Shown one piece after another: positions 1-12,806 of a stretch of DNA of 64,000 nt. Origin of the DNA: Lingula anatina (Eukaryota; Animalia; Brachiopoda); contig CM120648.1 of assembly GCA_051362555.1 (NCBI GenBank), positions 7,932,587 through 7,996,586 of the forward strand, written 5' to 3'. A model generated the notes under the pieces. It searched no databases. It saw nothing but the letters and a program-made list of their open reading frames with translations, and was not told where the DNA came from. The translations under genes were made by a program, and so were the position numbers. The first letter of the stretch is position 1; each line of letters starts with the position of its first letter.

Positions 1-323
1 CCGCCACAAATGACAAAAATCCTGTTAAATTACCAATCACTATGAAGCTGGGGTAGAGCTAACACTCGCCAATTTAGCCGAATGCTAAAACTGACTTAAA
101 TTGGCTAAAGAAAAAGGGCTTGATTTGACATGTTTTAGCCAAATTATAACCAGTTTGATAACAAATTGACAAAAATGTGGTGATATGGCTAAGCGAAAAA
201 AATTGCTAGCGCTACCCCAGTGAAGGGTGATTTTATGAGTACTTGCATGATCATACTGCTGGGCCAAAAGTTTGCCATGTGTGACTGACACAAGAATGCC
301 CAGGACTTGGGGCGAAAACTTAC

Positions 324-3300
324 CGACCACTTGGAAGGATGTGTTCTAGGCTCACTGGGTTCCATGGTGAAGTCTCGTGGTGTAGAAGGAGGGGTGGTTG
401 ATGAGCTCTCATCTTGAACACTCTGGGAACTGCTCTGATCTTCACCACTCTCAGTGACATTGCCAGCTTGTGCCTGGAATGATTTAAAACAATACATCAA
501 AAGGACTTGGAGGCTTGCATTTGATCCATGCACACAAAAGCCATGTATAGCCAAAACACAAGTTTAATTTTTATTACAGAAAATGACAAACTTTGCATTT
601 GACTTTTTTTTCAGCTTATTCGGGTGAAAACGTGCTAGTTATTGAAATGCAACATGTTTGAATAAAAATAATGATAAAATCAATTAAATAAAAATACACC
701 AAAATATGAAAATGAAATTTTTTAAGTAAATCTCCTAAGTACACTAATAATATACCCACCGTTTCTCTCACTCTAGGCAGAGAGGAGTACATCATTCTTT
801 CACCCTTTGTGCGCTGCCAACCCTTCTTTAATCTCATCAGTTTCTTTTTCTTCTGAAGCTGCTTGGTTGGATCTGGAATGAACCAATCATTTCAATTCTT
901 AGTACCATGATATATCACAATCACTATTATAAACTTTTTGGAACAAAAAATTGAAGACACTAAAAAGAAAATACTTTTCAATATGTTACAAGCCTTAATA
1001 GTCAAGAAAATTTCTTTTCTTCCTCCACCGAAGCATCAAACACTTTAAGAGAGGATAATCAATTGATGGGGTCACTTAACTACAAAAGCAACTCTTTGTA
1101 GTTCACACTTTGTGGTATATTTGCATCATTCTGTCTTGTCCCATCATTATTATTATTATTTTTTTTTTTTTGGTGGAATGAGCCCCAGAAGACTTAAATA
1201 CTACTTACTCTGATGTGGTAGTCCGTCCCCTTTCTTAAAGAGTCCAAGTCTCCTTGTACAACCAACATTGTACCGCTTGGCACAGGCCATGGAGCAGAAC
1301 CGTTTGGAACGACGGAATTTATTGGCTGGAGCAACCTTCCCACAGAACTCGCACTTCAACATGGGCTGATTTGCTTGGTCATCAAATTCTGAAAGAATGA
1401 CACAAAGAATGTAATCTGCTGAGAATTATAATAATAATAATTATTATTATTAGCATTAATTTCTTTAAAATAAAAACAAATGAACTACACAATAAAATTA
1501 TCATTTCAGACTATCGAAACAATTCAAACAGTAAGAGAAGTGTTAAGAGTAACAGAAGTAATTCCATTGAGTTGAAGTAACTGTTGCAGATCAAAATTAA
1601 TCAGATACATTTGACGGAGGAACTGAAATTATCTAAAATTATGGAAAGTTCCAAGATCAACCCATATTTTTTTTAACTTAAATGATATAGCATCTGAAAG
1701 GTGAATGAGAGCCAATGGCCAAGCTCATACTAGCACATTCCAATAACTCTGGTGTGACTTGGGTATTAGGTAAACAAAACTGAATGTGGTGCGATTTTTG
1801 AAAATTCTTCTTTCTGCCTGGTTCTATTGTCTCCTCCTGAATCCAAATAAGTGTGACGAGGGTTTAAGCAGAACAGGCTGCCCATGTTACCCAAACTGAC
1901 CTTTCCTGTCCTTAGACTCATCCTCTGCCTGTCCACCCACTGCTGGTCTCTCAGAGTTTTGGACACTGGTCAAAAGTGATGACCGTTGCACCTGAAAGGT
2001 AGAAATTAAATGAAAATTAAGTTATAAGTATCAAAATGGATTTCGATGGTTTTTAATATTTTTTTCCTTGAAGCCCCATGTCAACTTCAAATTATTTTAC
2101 TCTTTGAAAAAATAAACACAAAAACATTTTTCAAACTAAAATTGTGAATTTCAAACATTCCTGTACATTGTACTGTTATTTCATATAATAATGGTAACTT
2201 TTCATTATGTTTTCCTTGTTTCCTGATTTTAATTACATTCAAAAATGAAAGCACTTACTGGGAATGGTTCAGCTGCCTCCTGGATCACGAACCCATCAAT
2301 AATATGGGTGAGCACCTGTGGTTTAACAATAGCCTTCTGCTTTTCTCCAGGAGGGGGCAGCACTTCTTGGTGGCCTCCATTCATTTCCATGGTAACAGCC
2401 TGACTTCCTCTCTCAACTGTAGGTGGCACTGCTCCCTCGGCCTTCAAGACCGGTTTTTCCACTTCTCCATTCTGATTCTGAATCTGGATGGGGGTTAATG
2501 TGGGTGGAGAGGGGGAGGAAGGGGGTTGGTGCTGGATTGAAGGGGGTTGAGCCTGTAAAGGCAGGAGAAGATTAGGAGGTAGAGACTGCTGACTCAGTTC
2601 CATGGGCTGAGGGGTAACCAGCACTTGATGCTGGGAGGAAGCCGCCACCTGGATGTGTGTGGGCAAAGTGAGAGGTGCAGGCTGGGAAGAGACAATGGGC
2701 CGGATAGGACGCACCAAAGTCCTGGGGGGAGTGCTTATTGACTGAGAGGTGCTAATCTTAGGTGGGCGTCCCCTTGGTCGTGAACCTGGGATTTTGGGCG
2801 CCTTAATCCTGGGGAAGGGCATATTAATACCCCTGGGTCCCCTAGGTCTTGACCCGGCTATACTAGTACCATTCCCATTTCCTCCTCTTCCCACACCCCT
2901 GGGGCTGGCAAGCCTGACAGAAGTTGGAACTGCTGATGAGGGGCTGGACACTACAGTTGTACCCCCCTGCATGCTCACCACCCCCTGCATTAAACCCTGG
3001 GGGGTGGACTGAAGCGGACCTGCTGCTCGTATAAAGACAGGCTGACTGGCCAAGATGGTGGGGGACTGGGACCCTATGAACTGTTGCTGAGCCCCAGCAG
3101 CCACTGGGAGGGTGGTGGTCTGTAGCCCCATGGCCTGAAGTTGGTTTAACACTGCTGGGTTTGTGATAACCTGCCCTGTATTGGTTATTACCTAAGATAG
3201 AAAATATCTGTGGTTATTACATGAGATAGGAAATACATGTGGTTATTACATGAGATAGGAAATAAGTAAGGTATGGAACTGAGAATGTTAAATATAAAAG

Positions 3301-4172
3301 GAGGAAAAGCACCATCCTATGAATTGACACTTTGACAAGGTAATGTATTCCTAATATATTGTATATTAGTACAAAAGTGCAATTAATTTTATTGAATAAA
3401 TATTTTACAAATCTTTTTTTCTTTTCTTATCTTCACCTATGTATAATGCAGGTTCTCAGCTACATTTTCAGGTGCTCAAAAGTTTCTACATACCTGTAAG
3501 TGTGCACAAATGTACACACGACAAAAACCAAGTGCAACTCAAATTTTACACCAATCCTCATTTCCACTTGTATACTCACCTGTCCTGTGTTGGTCATAAT
3601 CTGCTGTTGCTGCTGCTGTTGTTGTTGTTGTTGTTGTTGTTGAGGGATCTGCTGTGAGGACTGGGAAGAGGAGTGTATCACCTGGGAGGTGCTAGTGGGC
3701 GCCACCGTTCCCACCAGAGGCTTGGCCTGAAAATAAGGTATGACTATCACTTTATCATTCAAGGAACAGCTAAAAAAGCACTGAGAGAGAGCAGACCTCC
3801 GCCAAGGGAATGTATCACCTGGGAGGTGTCAGTGGGCGCCACTGTTCCCACTAGAGGCTTGGCCTGAAAATACAGGTATGGCTATCGGTTTATATTTCAA
3901 TGAACAGCTAGAAAAGTACTAATAGAGACACTACATGGCTAAGTAAGACACTGTTATATAATCTGAACAAGTATGAATAAAAATTATGAATGATAAAAAT
4001 GTAAGAAAACTACCCCTTCCTGATGAATATCTCCATTTGAACATTTAATAAAAAATCTATATTCAGAGTCCTCTTACCTGGATACTTGTTGGTATTGTGG
4101 ACACTCCTGAAACATTAAAACATCGATATATTGGTAAATGATAATATTTCACAAGCATTGTAAACAAATGCA

Positions 4173-4213
<41 letters not shown>

Positions 4214-5232
4214 CAAAATTCAGTCAGCAACCTTCAACAAATCTACACCCACTTGATGTCACATCCATAACTCAAGGTCACCTTTCTTAGGTCTGAAAGC
4301 AACATACTACTAACCTCAGTCAACGTCAATGACTGCGTGAACTCACACATACAAACAGTCTATCCCATCTTTACCTGGCTGCCCCACATACAGAGGCTGT
4401 CCCGGCTGACTGGAAGGTCGGGACACCTGCACCTTACTGGCCATGCTGATACTGTGTGGCACGGGAGTGGTTGGTGCAGATGGTGGCTTTGCTACAGTGG
4501 CTCCACCTGGTGTGACGTAGGTCATCTTACTGCTGCTGGTGACCAGCGTGAAAGGGGCTCCGGATGTCACTGTCATGGGGACTGACACTGGCAACTTCAT
4601 GGGGGCACCCTAAGGGAAACAGAAATTGTTATTTTAAATTACTGTATTGAGGGGCATGGCAGGAGGGGAGGGAGAGAGAGGAGAAATTTTGTACCAGAGG
4701 TTGTATCATTATATTATAGATACTGTACCGTATTACATTGTACTCTACTATTCTTAACTATACTTCATATTATACTAGCAGTTGTAATTTATTTTATGTC
4801 ATACTTCTAATTCTTATCTGTGTACTTTGCTTTAACAATCATGAGGCTAGTGAGAAAAAAATGTCTGACTCTGAGGTTTGGTCAAGGTGTAAATCAGCCA
4901 CAAAGCGCAAAGAGAACTGCTGGAATCATCATGAGTTATTTAACTGCATATGATTTTGGAGCTGTTTGAATGAAGTATTACATCATTTACATGCCAGCAA
5001 TTTTATCATCTTTCCTTTAGATTTTAATGCACAATTTGGGCAAACCCCTACAGACTTTTATAGCAACTTCCATGCAGCAGCATACTGGTTCAGTTGTTGT
5101 TAGTTGAAAAATGTAGCACAAAAGGGATAATAGTAAGAATAGCACTTATAGGTTTGTATATAATTAATTACTTTTAAGTATTTAAAAATAACATTCTCTC
5201 TCTCTCTCTTACACACAAACACACACACATGT

Positions 5233-5265
<33 letters not shown>

Positions 5266-7240
5266 CACACACATTAAAAACTACTAAATATTGCTGCCCA
5301 GGAACCATTCATTTTTCCACTGAAGCATATATTAATCACATATTATAAATTGTTACCCAGGCAACGGGCTGGGCCACTGAGGAAGCAGCCACCGTTGCTG
5401 CTACAGGGATGGACACTGGCAGTTTCATGGGTCCCGGCTGTTAGCAGGAGGAGGAGGAAGAAGGACACAGTATTAGAAGTATTAGACACACCGCTGCAGA
5501 ACTGTAGCATCGAGGTAGAATTAGATAGGCCTTTGGTAAAACTCACATAGTTTACCCATATCTCCCACAAGTTTAAATTTATTTTCTTTTGAAAGTGAAA
5601 ATGTAGAAATTACCGTATGTTTTTTTTTTTTTTTTTAACGCTGAAATTGATCTGATTGTGAGAATCAACTTATATATCAACATATATAAACTAAGTCAAT
5701 TTTTTCTGACCTGTTAACCAAAGGAAAAATTAATCTCATAGAATTATACCCAGCTTTAAATTTAGGCTGGAACTGAACCCCAATGAGCTACAGTTACTAC
5801 AGACATAGCTCAGCAGGTGGCCAAACACACAAAATTATCATATTAGTACTAACTACAGATATAAATAGGTAAAATTAGAGTATAGATCCAAAATATCATT
5901 AATTATAATATCTCAAAGATGGACTCATTTTAGATCAAACTATCGTTAACACCTTAGGAAAAATGGACATAAAAGAATGGTAAGAAGTCAATGAAAACAA
6001 TTCAACAAATAAGACAAGATACCTCAGACTATAAATATCTAACTTAAAACTGAATATTTTTAGTAATTATCATGGCACTTTGAGAAAAATGTGATATGAC
6101 ATTATACTAATTTACCATAAAAAGCTAAACAATAAGCTTCTAACATAAAACATTTTCTAACCAAAAAAAAGTGAGCCTAGACGTCCTATACCTGTTACCA
6201 ACAATTAGTCACATAAAATGACTGTCAAGCCAGATAAATAAGCAGAAAAGAGGTGCCAATTTCAGTTTAGCATTCACAGTGAATGTACACTGGCATAAAA
6301 AACAGATTACAATCAGGACTCAGAAACTCAGGGTGATTGAGAACTTATGTAAGTATTTAGCACAAGAGTCACTGTTGTAATACTAAGGCTGAAGGGCAGA
6401 TGGCAATAATTAGTTGGACACCAAAATTTAGGGGGATGGAGAGGCTTTAATGAAGAGAGGCCACCATAATAAATCTGACGTCAAGGGAGAAGGAAAAGTA
6501 CAATGACACAGAGAATTGATGCAATATTCTGTTTGATAACCAAGTCTTGTAGTCTGGTTGAAGGGTGTGTGAGTGTGTGTTTGTGTGTGACTGAATGCCA
6601 AGCAAACGTGCGTACATGCAGAGCGTGCATATTTTCCTTCATTTCCAACTAAAATGTTGTAAACTTGCTGCGTATCATATGAGTGAAAAATGGTCATTGT
6701 CACACAAGCTTCAACACAGCCCTTCACAATGAACATACAATCTAATTCATTCAAAGCAGCAAAGCTTATTTGGTAAAAGAATAGTATGTGACACAAAGCA
6801 ATAAAATCAAATGCTTTTTCCCTTTGATGATGTGCAAAGAATAGCATTAAGTTTACTAGGAAATGACATTTTTTCCCACACCCCAAAACACATATCAGCA
6901 AAGCAAACCAAACTCATTACTACTGACTAACAATAGCATGCTTCAGTACATATATACATATTGTATACTTTACCATAGTTGTAGTTGTAAAAAATGCTGG
7001 AGGTATTCCCCGTACTGGGGACACTAGCCCAGTAGGAGATGGTTGAGGCTGGCCTACTGGAGACTTTGGTCCTATACCAGTAGGTCTGTTCATGGCCTGA
7101 AGATTCTGGAAAGCTTGGAATGCTGGAAGGAAAGTATTGCAACTATTTCTGGGCACATTCAGAATACTACATCCACATTTGTTAATAAATTTTGGCCTCC
7201 AAAAATTGATTTCTAGTACTGAAATTAATCCTCTAATCAT

Positions 7241-7272
<32 letters not shown>

Positions 7273-7592
7273 TACAGTGCTTTCATCTCACCCTGTATTT
7301 GGGCCATCATCTGCTGATTATAGAACTGAACATACTGCGGACTCATCCCAGCAGGGTTGGGAACAACCTGCACCCCCTGTATACCCTGGGGCAGGCCCTG
7401 GGGGATGTTTCCCTGTGACACACCCATATTCTGCTGGACCACACCCAGGCCTTGCTGGGGCAGAACTGGTCCTTGTTGGGTGTTGGGGTCTATAGCATTG
7501 CCACTGGCAGGGGGCGTGGCAGAGGAGCTTGGACTGACACTACTCAAAGAAGCTGGGGTGCCCCCACCACTCTGTGGCTGACTGTCTGACAT
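324..7592 (-). CDS. ph: Polyhomeotic-like protein (PRC1 subunit), 3'-partial; 11 coding exons in window, about 803 aa
   Basis: Manually spliced GT-AG exons with consistent phases: 7292-7592, 6974-7122, 5357-5437, 4375-4609, 4078-4106, 3580-3726, 2259-3191, 1901-1991, 1209-1388, 760-872, 324-473. Q/P/S/T-rich N-terminus, HD1 motif KAIVKPQVLTHIIDGFVIQEAAEPFP|VQRSSLL, FCS finger LKCEFCGK...SKRFCSMACAKRYNVGC and PSKWS at the start of the SAM domain. The remaining SAM exons are outside the window. Confidence 0.93.
1209..1388 (-). CDS. ph: Polyhomeotic exon encoding the FCS-type zinc finger
   Basis: ctttcag|AA TTT GAT...CAT CAG A|gtaagt; translates to FDDQANQPMLKCEFCGKVAPANKFRRSKRFCSMACAKRYNVGCTRRLGLFKKGDGLPHQ. 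Not in the ORF track. Confidence 0.93.
2259..3191 (-). CDS. ph: Polyhomeotic large exon (low-complexity region, AT-hook-like motif, HD1)
   Basis: 933-nt open phase 0-0 exon, ctatcttag|GTA...TTC CCA|gtaagt; overlaps ORF 2229..3152. Confidence 0.92.
3601..3642 (-). repeat. Coding CAA/CAG repeat, polyQ14 in Polyhomeotic
   Basis: 14 consecutive Gln codons inside exon 3580-3726. Confidence 0.9.
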
Positions 7593-8329
7593 GGCGACGC
7601 ACTGATGGCCCTTCCGTGTCCACTCAATAGAAAAACTGGAATTATATTGAGGGCTTTTAGTTTATATTTCTTATGTAGCACAATATATGTTAATATTTTT
7701 AATGTAAGAACACTTTCTACTCCAACATGCCAAGCATCTCAAGTTCAACCAACAGTGCAAAGATGAAGATTGGACACCTACCAGTCTAAAGCTCAAGTAT
7801 ACAATTAAACTGAGAAGGCCCAAATAATTATTCACTAGTTATCATAACATGGAGTTAGCTACTTAGGGAATGCATTACCTCTTTACCTCAATATCGAGTA
7901 TTTCAGTCAAAAAAGTTCTATCACATATTATTTATTTTGCATTTCACAGTATGCACTTGATATTGCTGAAGCAAAAATTAGTCAATTAATAAATGATAAT
8001 AAATAAACAAATTCTACTGTGGTCATTCTTTATAAATGGGTAATCATGTCATTTGACCACGGCTTATCAATGTCACCGTATTTCTCCTTTATTTGCATTC
8101 GATCCATTCATGGACAAAATTACGAATTTCGTTATTATTTATGTCCAAGATTTATCCAATTATTTATTCAGGATCCTGTTCTTTATTGTAAATCTTACGA
8201 TAAGGCTCCTACAATTTTCTTACGTCTAATTGTCCTGTTCTGTGTCTTAAAAGCAGGATAGAAGACTCAGAAAAACACCTCACAGAAAGCTACTACGCCA
8301 AAACTAATTTAATAGTGGTAAGAGTGCCT

Positions 8330-8680
8330 GCACGTTAACTGAATCACACAGACGTAAACAATTATAAACGTCTAGACCATCCTTCCCCGTCCGGCGGCAG
8401 ATGTTCGGATACATTTCTAGACAATCTGACGTGCTTTAAGCTTTAATTACCAGTCATATACTGCCTCACCTCTGTTAAATGCCAATCCCGTAGCTGAAAT
8501 AGCGCAAAGGACAAGATACCACGATGCAAATCCTTTTTCTTTTCAGCGACCGCTGTCCTTGTGGCTTCATCCAGCCATCTTTGTTTTCAAGCGATGCTTC
8601 GCGGAATATTGCGTCGTCTGCGAAGTTTTGGCTCAACTAACGCAATCAGGACCAATGGTGGCGGCGGGAGAGACGCACAT
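8330..8680 (-). promoter_or_regulatory. Candidate CpG-rich promoter and non-coding first exon of Polyhomeotic
   Basis: Local CpG enrichment in CpG-poor DNA about 0.9 kb upstream of the ATG; CCAAT at 8652-8656; YY1/Pho-like GCCATCTT at 8574-8581; minus-strand donor AGAG|gtgagg with the exon ending at 8470. Confidence 0.6.
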
Positions 8681-8846
8681 CTCTGTTCTCTCAGTCCAGG
8701 GAAGTTTATCAAACTTCCATGATCAGTTCAAGTTATTTCATGTTTTCAACTTGTTCTGAAAACATTCTGCTTCTAGAACGAATGGATGGGTTCTGGATAA
8801 TATGTGAATGCAATGAATTTTCATTTAGGGATTATTTAAGGGGGTT

Positions 8847-9034
8847 CCCTAAGCAAAATGACAATTAAGTTTGCAGCAACAAGTATGCAGGAGTTGGCAA
8901 GAAAAATTAGTGCTGCTAATTTGCAGCTATATTGCAGCAAATTTGCAAGTAATATTGCAGTTAGCAGCAATATTGCAGCACATTTGCTGCAAATTCACTG
9001 CAAATTTGCAGCAGGCCAAATATTTTGGTAAAGG
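8847..9034. mobile_element. MITE-like element with TTGCAGCAAATTTGC subrepeats (short copy)
   Basis: Imperfect terminal inverted repeats ccctaagcaaaat...attttggtaaagg; similar to 30298-30647. Confidence 0.6.
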
Positions 9035-10974
9035 TTAGGTCTGATGACATTAGTCACAATTACTGTGAAGCTGTTTGTTTAATGTCCACATTAGATACTA
9101 AAATTCACTAATTCAAAAATTCTGAAATTAGGAGTAGTAAAACTTATTAGTATTACCTTGTTACATGTGAGTAGTTGTAGGACCCTTATACTGAGTAGCC
9201 CCTTGAGGTATTGGCCTGCTGGTAGTTCTAGCATATGAAATGGATATAGGGGTCTGCAGCCTGGCTTTTGATTCAGAATGGACCTTTTCTTGACACAAGT
9301 ACACATTTTCGCACCTCATGAACTCCCTCCCACCATATAAAATCTTTCAAAGGTACACACATGCATTTATATTAAGTTGTTAATCACCATTGCTCTGCCA
9401 CTGGGTATCGGTTAAAGGGTAACTAATAAGATATTCCCACCAAAATGAATTTTCCTGGGGTTAAGAACAATTTTCTTCTTGCAAATTATTGCTAGACCTA
9501 GCTGCCCTTGCAATTGGATTCTATTTGTTATTCAATTTTTGATTTATTACTTTTGTTTAAAAGGACTGGCCAGTCAAAGTAAGTTAAAACAAGATCTGCC
9601 ATCATGAGAATTGCCTCGTTTTCACACAAGAAAGTAGCGGGATGTTTTGTATTTTGTCCCTGTGTCATATATTATACAGAAATCGCAAGCTGGCAATGGC
9701 TACCCGAGGAGGCTAACTGTAGCCATAATAATGACATGGGGTACACTATATAGCTATCACAATTTTTTATCTGGGGTTTTATTAATTGTCTTTAGAGTGA
9801 AGCTTTACAGGACATAAATATGACTGTATTTTCAAGGAGAGAACCTCAAAGTATTTATTTTGACAGTAAGATCCTGTGGATTGGCCCTTTAAACAGTAAT
9901 ATGAAAAGGCCTGGCCTCGCTTGCATTACCCACTTTTTCATCATTATCATCATGCTCTTGAAAATCTACACAGTATTGTTGTGTTATAATCATGTTTCTG
10001 GGCACATTTTCCAGATTACCACTCCCTGGGGGACACTTCGAGATGGATTAAGTGCAGCATGTAATACCATGGGGATGGCAACAGAGCTGCAATCAATGGA
10101 CCAGTTCATAGGATAAATTACCAATAGGTATAAATGTATATGAATGTTTCAGTGAACGGCTGTGATGGAATCGGAGCCAAAGTCAGACTCTAAAAGAGTG
10201 CACTAGCTGTCAGGCCCATAGCCAGCGATTTCAAATGGAGGGGCCTTTTTCTGAAAAAGAGGACCTTTTACCATAAAACGTCTGTGTACAGAGATCGAAT
10301 TTTGCCCAGAGCTGACATAAACCAGGCAAAGAGAGCAGTTTGTTCAAACTTGCTGACCCCCCCCCCCCCCCCACCTCCTCTGTCTTCGTTAATAAAAGTA
10401 CGTGGTTATTACATGTCCATGTACCAACAAGGGGTGCATTTTTCAAAAGACTGGTATTCAAATTTGATAATTAATACAGAGACTTTGGACCTGGCAGGAG
10501 TTTATGGTTTTAAATTTATTTTTTAAGCTCAGAGCAGGACACATAATAATATAGGGAAGATTGAGTTCAGTCCCTCCATTAAAGTCAATAGCCTTTGCTG
10601 ACTATTGGGCCCAGTAATATATATGTATAGATTGTTGAATTTATGTTATATTAGCTTCTCAAACAAATATATTGTAATCGAGCTGAAAGTAAATCTCTTG
10701 GGGTGGTTATACATTAATGGTGTTTGTTGTTTGCAGGACATGGACACAGTTCTGTTGGTCATGTATTAAATCACGTCACACAAAATGCCTTAAATTAGAT
10801 TTCAGATTGATCTTGGCTTATTTCATCAGTCTGTATCATTAGAACTATACATAACTGTAAGTTAATTTTATTAGCTCTCAAGTAATTGCATGCTCCTCAG
10901 AAGTAAAACACTGAAATGAAAGGGATTATCAGAGATGGCCTGTTATGCAAATTAAAGCACTGTGTGGTACGTAT

Positions 10975-11130
10975 CAGGCCTGTAGCCAGGGGGATTTGGG
11001 AGATTCGAAAAAATGCCCTTTTTGTCAGGGAAAGGTTCATTCAGGGCCTAGGTACATAAAGGTTTCATTGTAAAAGGTCCACTTTTTCAGAAAAAGAATC
11101 CCCCTTTTGAATTTGCTGGCTATGGGCCTG
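10975..11130. mobile_element. Non-autonomous DNA transposon (CAGGCC-TIR MITE)
   Basis: TIR caggcctgtagccag...ctggctatgggcctg; related copies at about 10211-10493 (inverted), 11715-11882 and 50390-50508. Confidence 0.7.
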
Positions 11131-11714
11131 GGTATCATACGAGGCTAGAAAATGTGCAAGAATCTGCATGATTTGGTTTTGGCCATTAAAGGTACAGTAC
11201 ATACGAACCGAGCATCGGTGGAGTGTGGATTCCCAGTAACATATGTAAACCACTTCTACTAGATTCTTATATGACTCAAATAATTTCGACATGCCAAGGG
11301 ATAAACTGAATAGATCACTCGATCGGCCATAAAAGACCTTTAGACTGCTCCTTTCTTTAAATTTATGGTTGTAAATTTAACCTACATGTACTTCCGTGAC
11401 CTACTTTCCTGCCCCATTGACATACAGCTTAGAATACCAGCAGAAAAATCTGTTCAAACATCACTTTGGGGTAAAATTAAACAATGCCTTTTGGTAATTC
11501 TCTTAGTTATACTACTTGTAACTATATGCTGGCATTTGGTTGGTTTTTGTGACAAAAAATTGACTTTGTATGCATCTTTAAGGTGAAACAGTCTGTCTAA
11601 GAGAGAAATACAAAAGTGAAATGCAAAACATGGTTTATTAGTACTTTAGTGCGACAGACTACAATGCTACAGGACTTGCAAGAAAACAGCTAAAATTCTC
11701 TGTCAGCCTGATCA

Positions 11715-11882
11715 CAGGCCGGTAGCCAGAGGGGGTACTGGGGTCCCCCTTTTTGCAGGGATAAGGTCCCCTCTGGATAAAATTTTATCTGGGAACACCA
11801 AAGAACACCAAGGTTTCATGGTAAAAAAGTCCACTTTTTTAGAAAAAGAATCCCCCTATTGAAATTGCTGGCCACTGGCCTG
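11715..11882. mobile_element. CAGGCC-TIR MITE, second copy
   Basis: caggccggtagccag...ctggccactggcctg; internal aaaaagtccactttttagaaaaagaatccccc shared with 10975-11130. Confidence 0.7.
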
Positions 11883-12806
11883 GTTCATTAAATATGTTCA
11901 TTGCCCCACTGAACCTTTAGTCTACTAATATTTCTAGTCCCCACTCTCCCCCATATTTGTTTTTTGCTACAGTTTACACTAATTCAAGAGACTTAAGGCT
12001 ATCCCAGGTGATCACTTTCAGTCTTTTTGTTTTGACCAATAACGTGTCAGCTTGGGAAAAAGAGAAATAAAAAGTGGCAAATCAGAAAACATCTTACGGT
12101 ACGTATAATTGATCTGATACTTTAAAGCACCCTGATATCCTTACAGGCAGTCATTTCATGGAAACCCTCAAAGAATGAAGCACAGGGAGCAGGATTCCAA
12201 TTAAGTGACATATCCAGGGCCCCGAAGTGGTAAGTAATGATCGATTAAAGACCTCAAACTTACACTGTAGCTATGATTTAGGCATCAAGAGTTTTGTCTC
12301 AAACACTTGGGACCCACACCGTTGCTTATAGTGACTATTTTTCTGCCAGCTTCCAGAATAAATAGGAAAAGCATTAATTAAGTAAAAAAAAATGATTGAA
12401 ATCTCTGATAATTAATGATCTCGGTCATATAATATCAAAATTATTTATGCACAAGCCAGTGCCGCTTTCCACCAAACAAATGTACATAAAGTGTTTTTCC
12501 TTCCAATATATAGTCTGAATCAAACTGATTCAGAAAATAGATTGTTATTTTTATTTTGAGAGCAGTAATGATTTAATTTCTTGTGGTTGTTTAATATGAC
12601 ATTCAAAGTAGATAAATGAAAATGTTAATTTTGGTTTAAATCATTGCCTCGTAACAGCCATACAAGGCTATATTTCAATGCTTGCAGCTCTTGAAAAGGT
12701 CCCAGAGAGTTCATAAATTTACGTTTGGACTAGGTGAAGGGAACATATCAACCTTTCAGTTTCTTAAGAGAAGAACATTATTTATTCCAAGTGTCTTTGT
12801 CTCTAA

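Noticed and set aside
2304-3012. Plus-strand ORFs 2304..2498 and 2749..3012
   Set aside because: Antisense shadows of the GC-rich Polyhomeotic exon; the same applies to 7277..7495 and 7357..7581.
6428-6901. 157-aa minus-strand ORF and a possible acceptor near 6475 within a Polyhomeotic intron
   Set aside because: No recognisable protein similarity, includes microsatellite-derived residues, and is not needed for frame continuity; a poison exon cannot be supported without transcripts.
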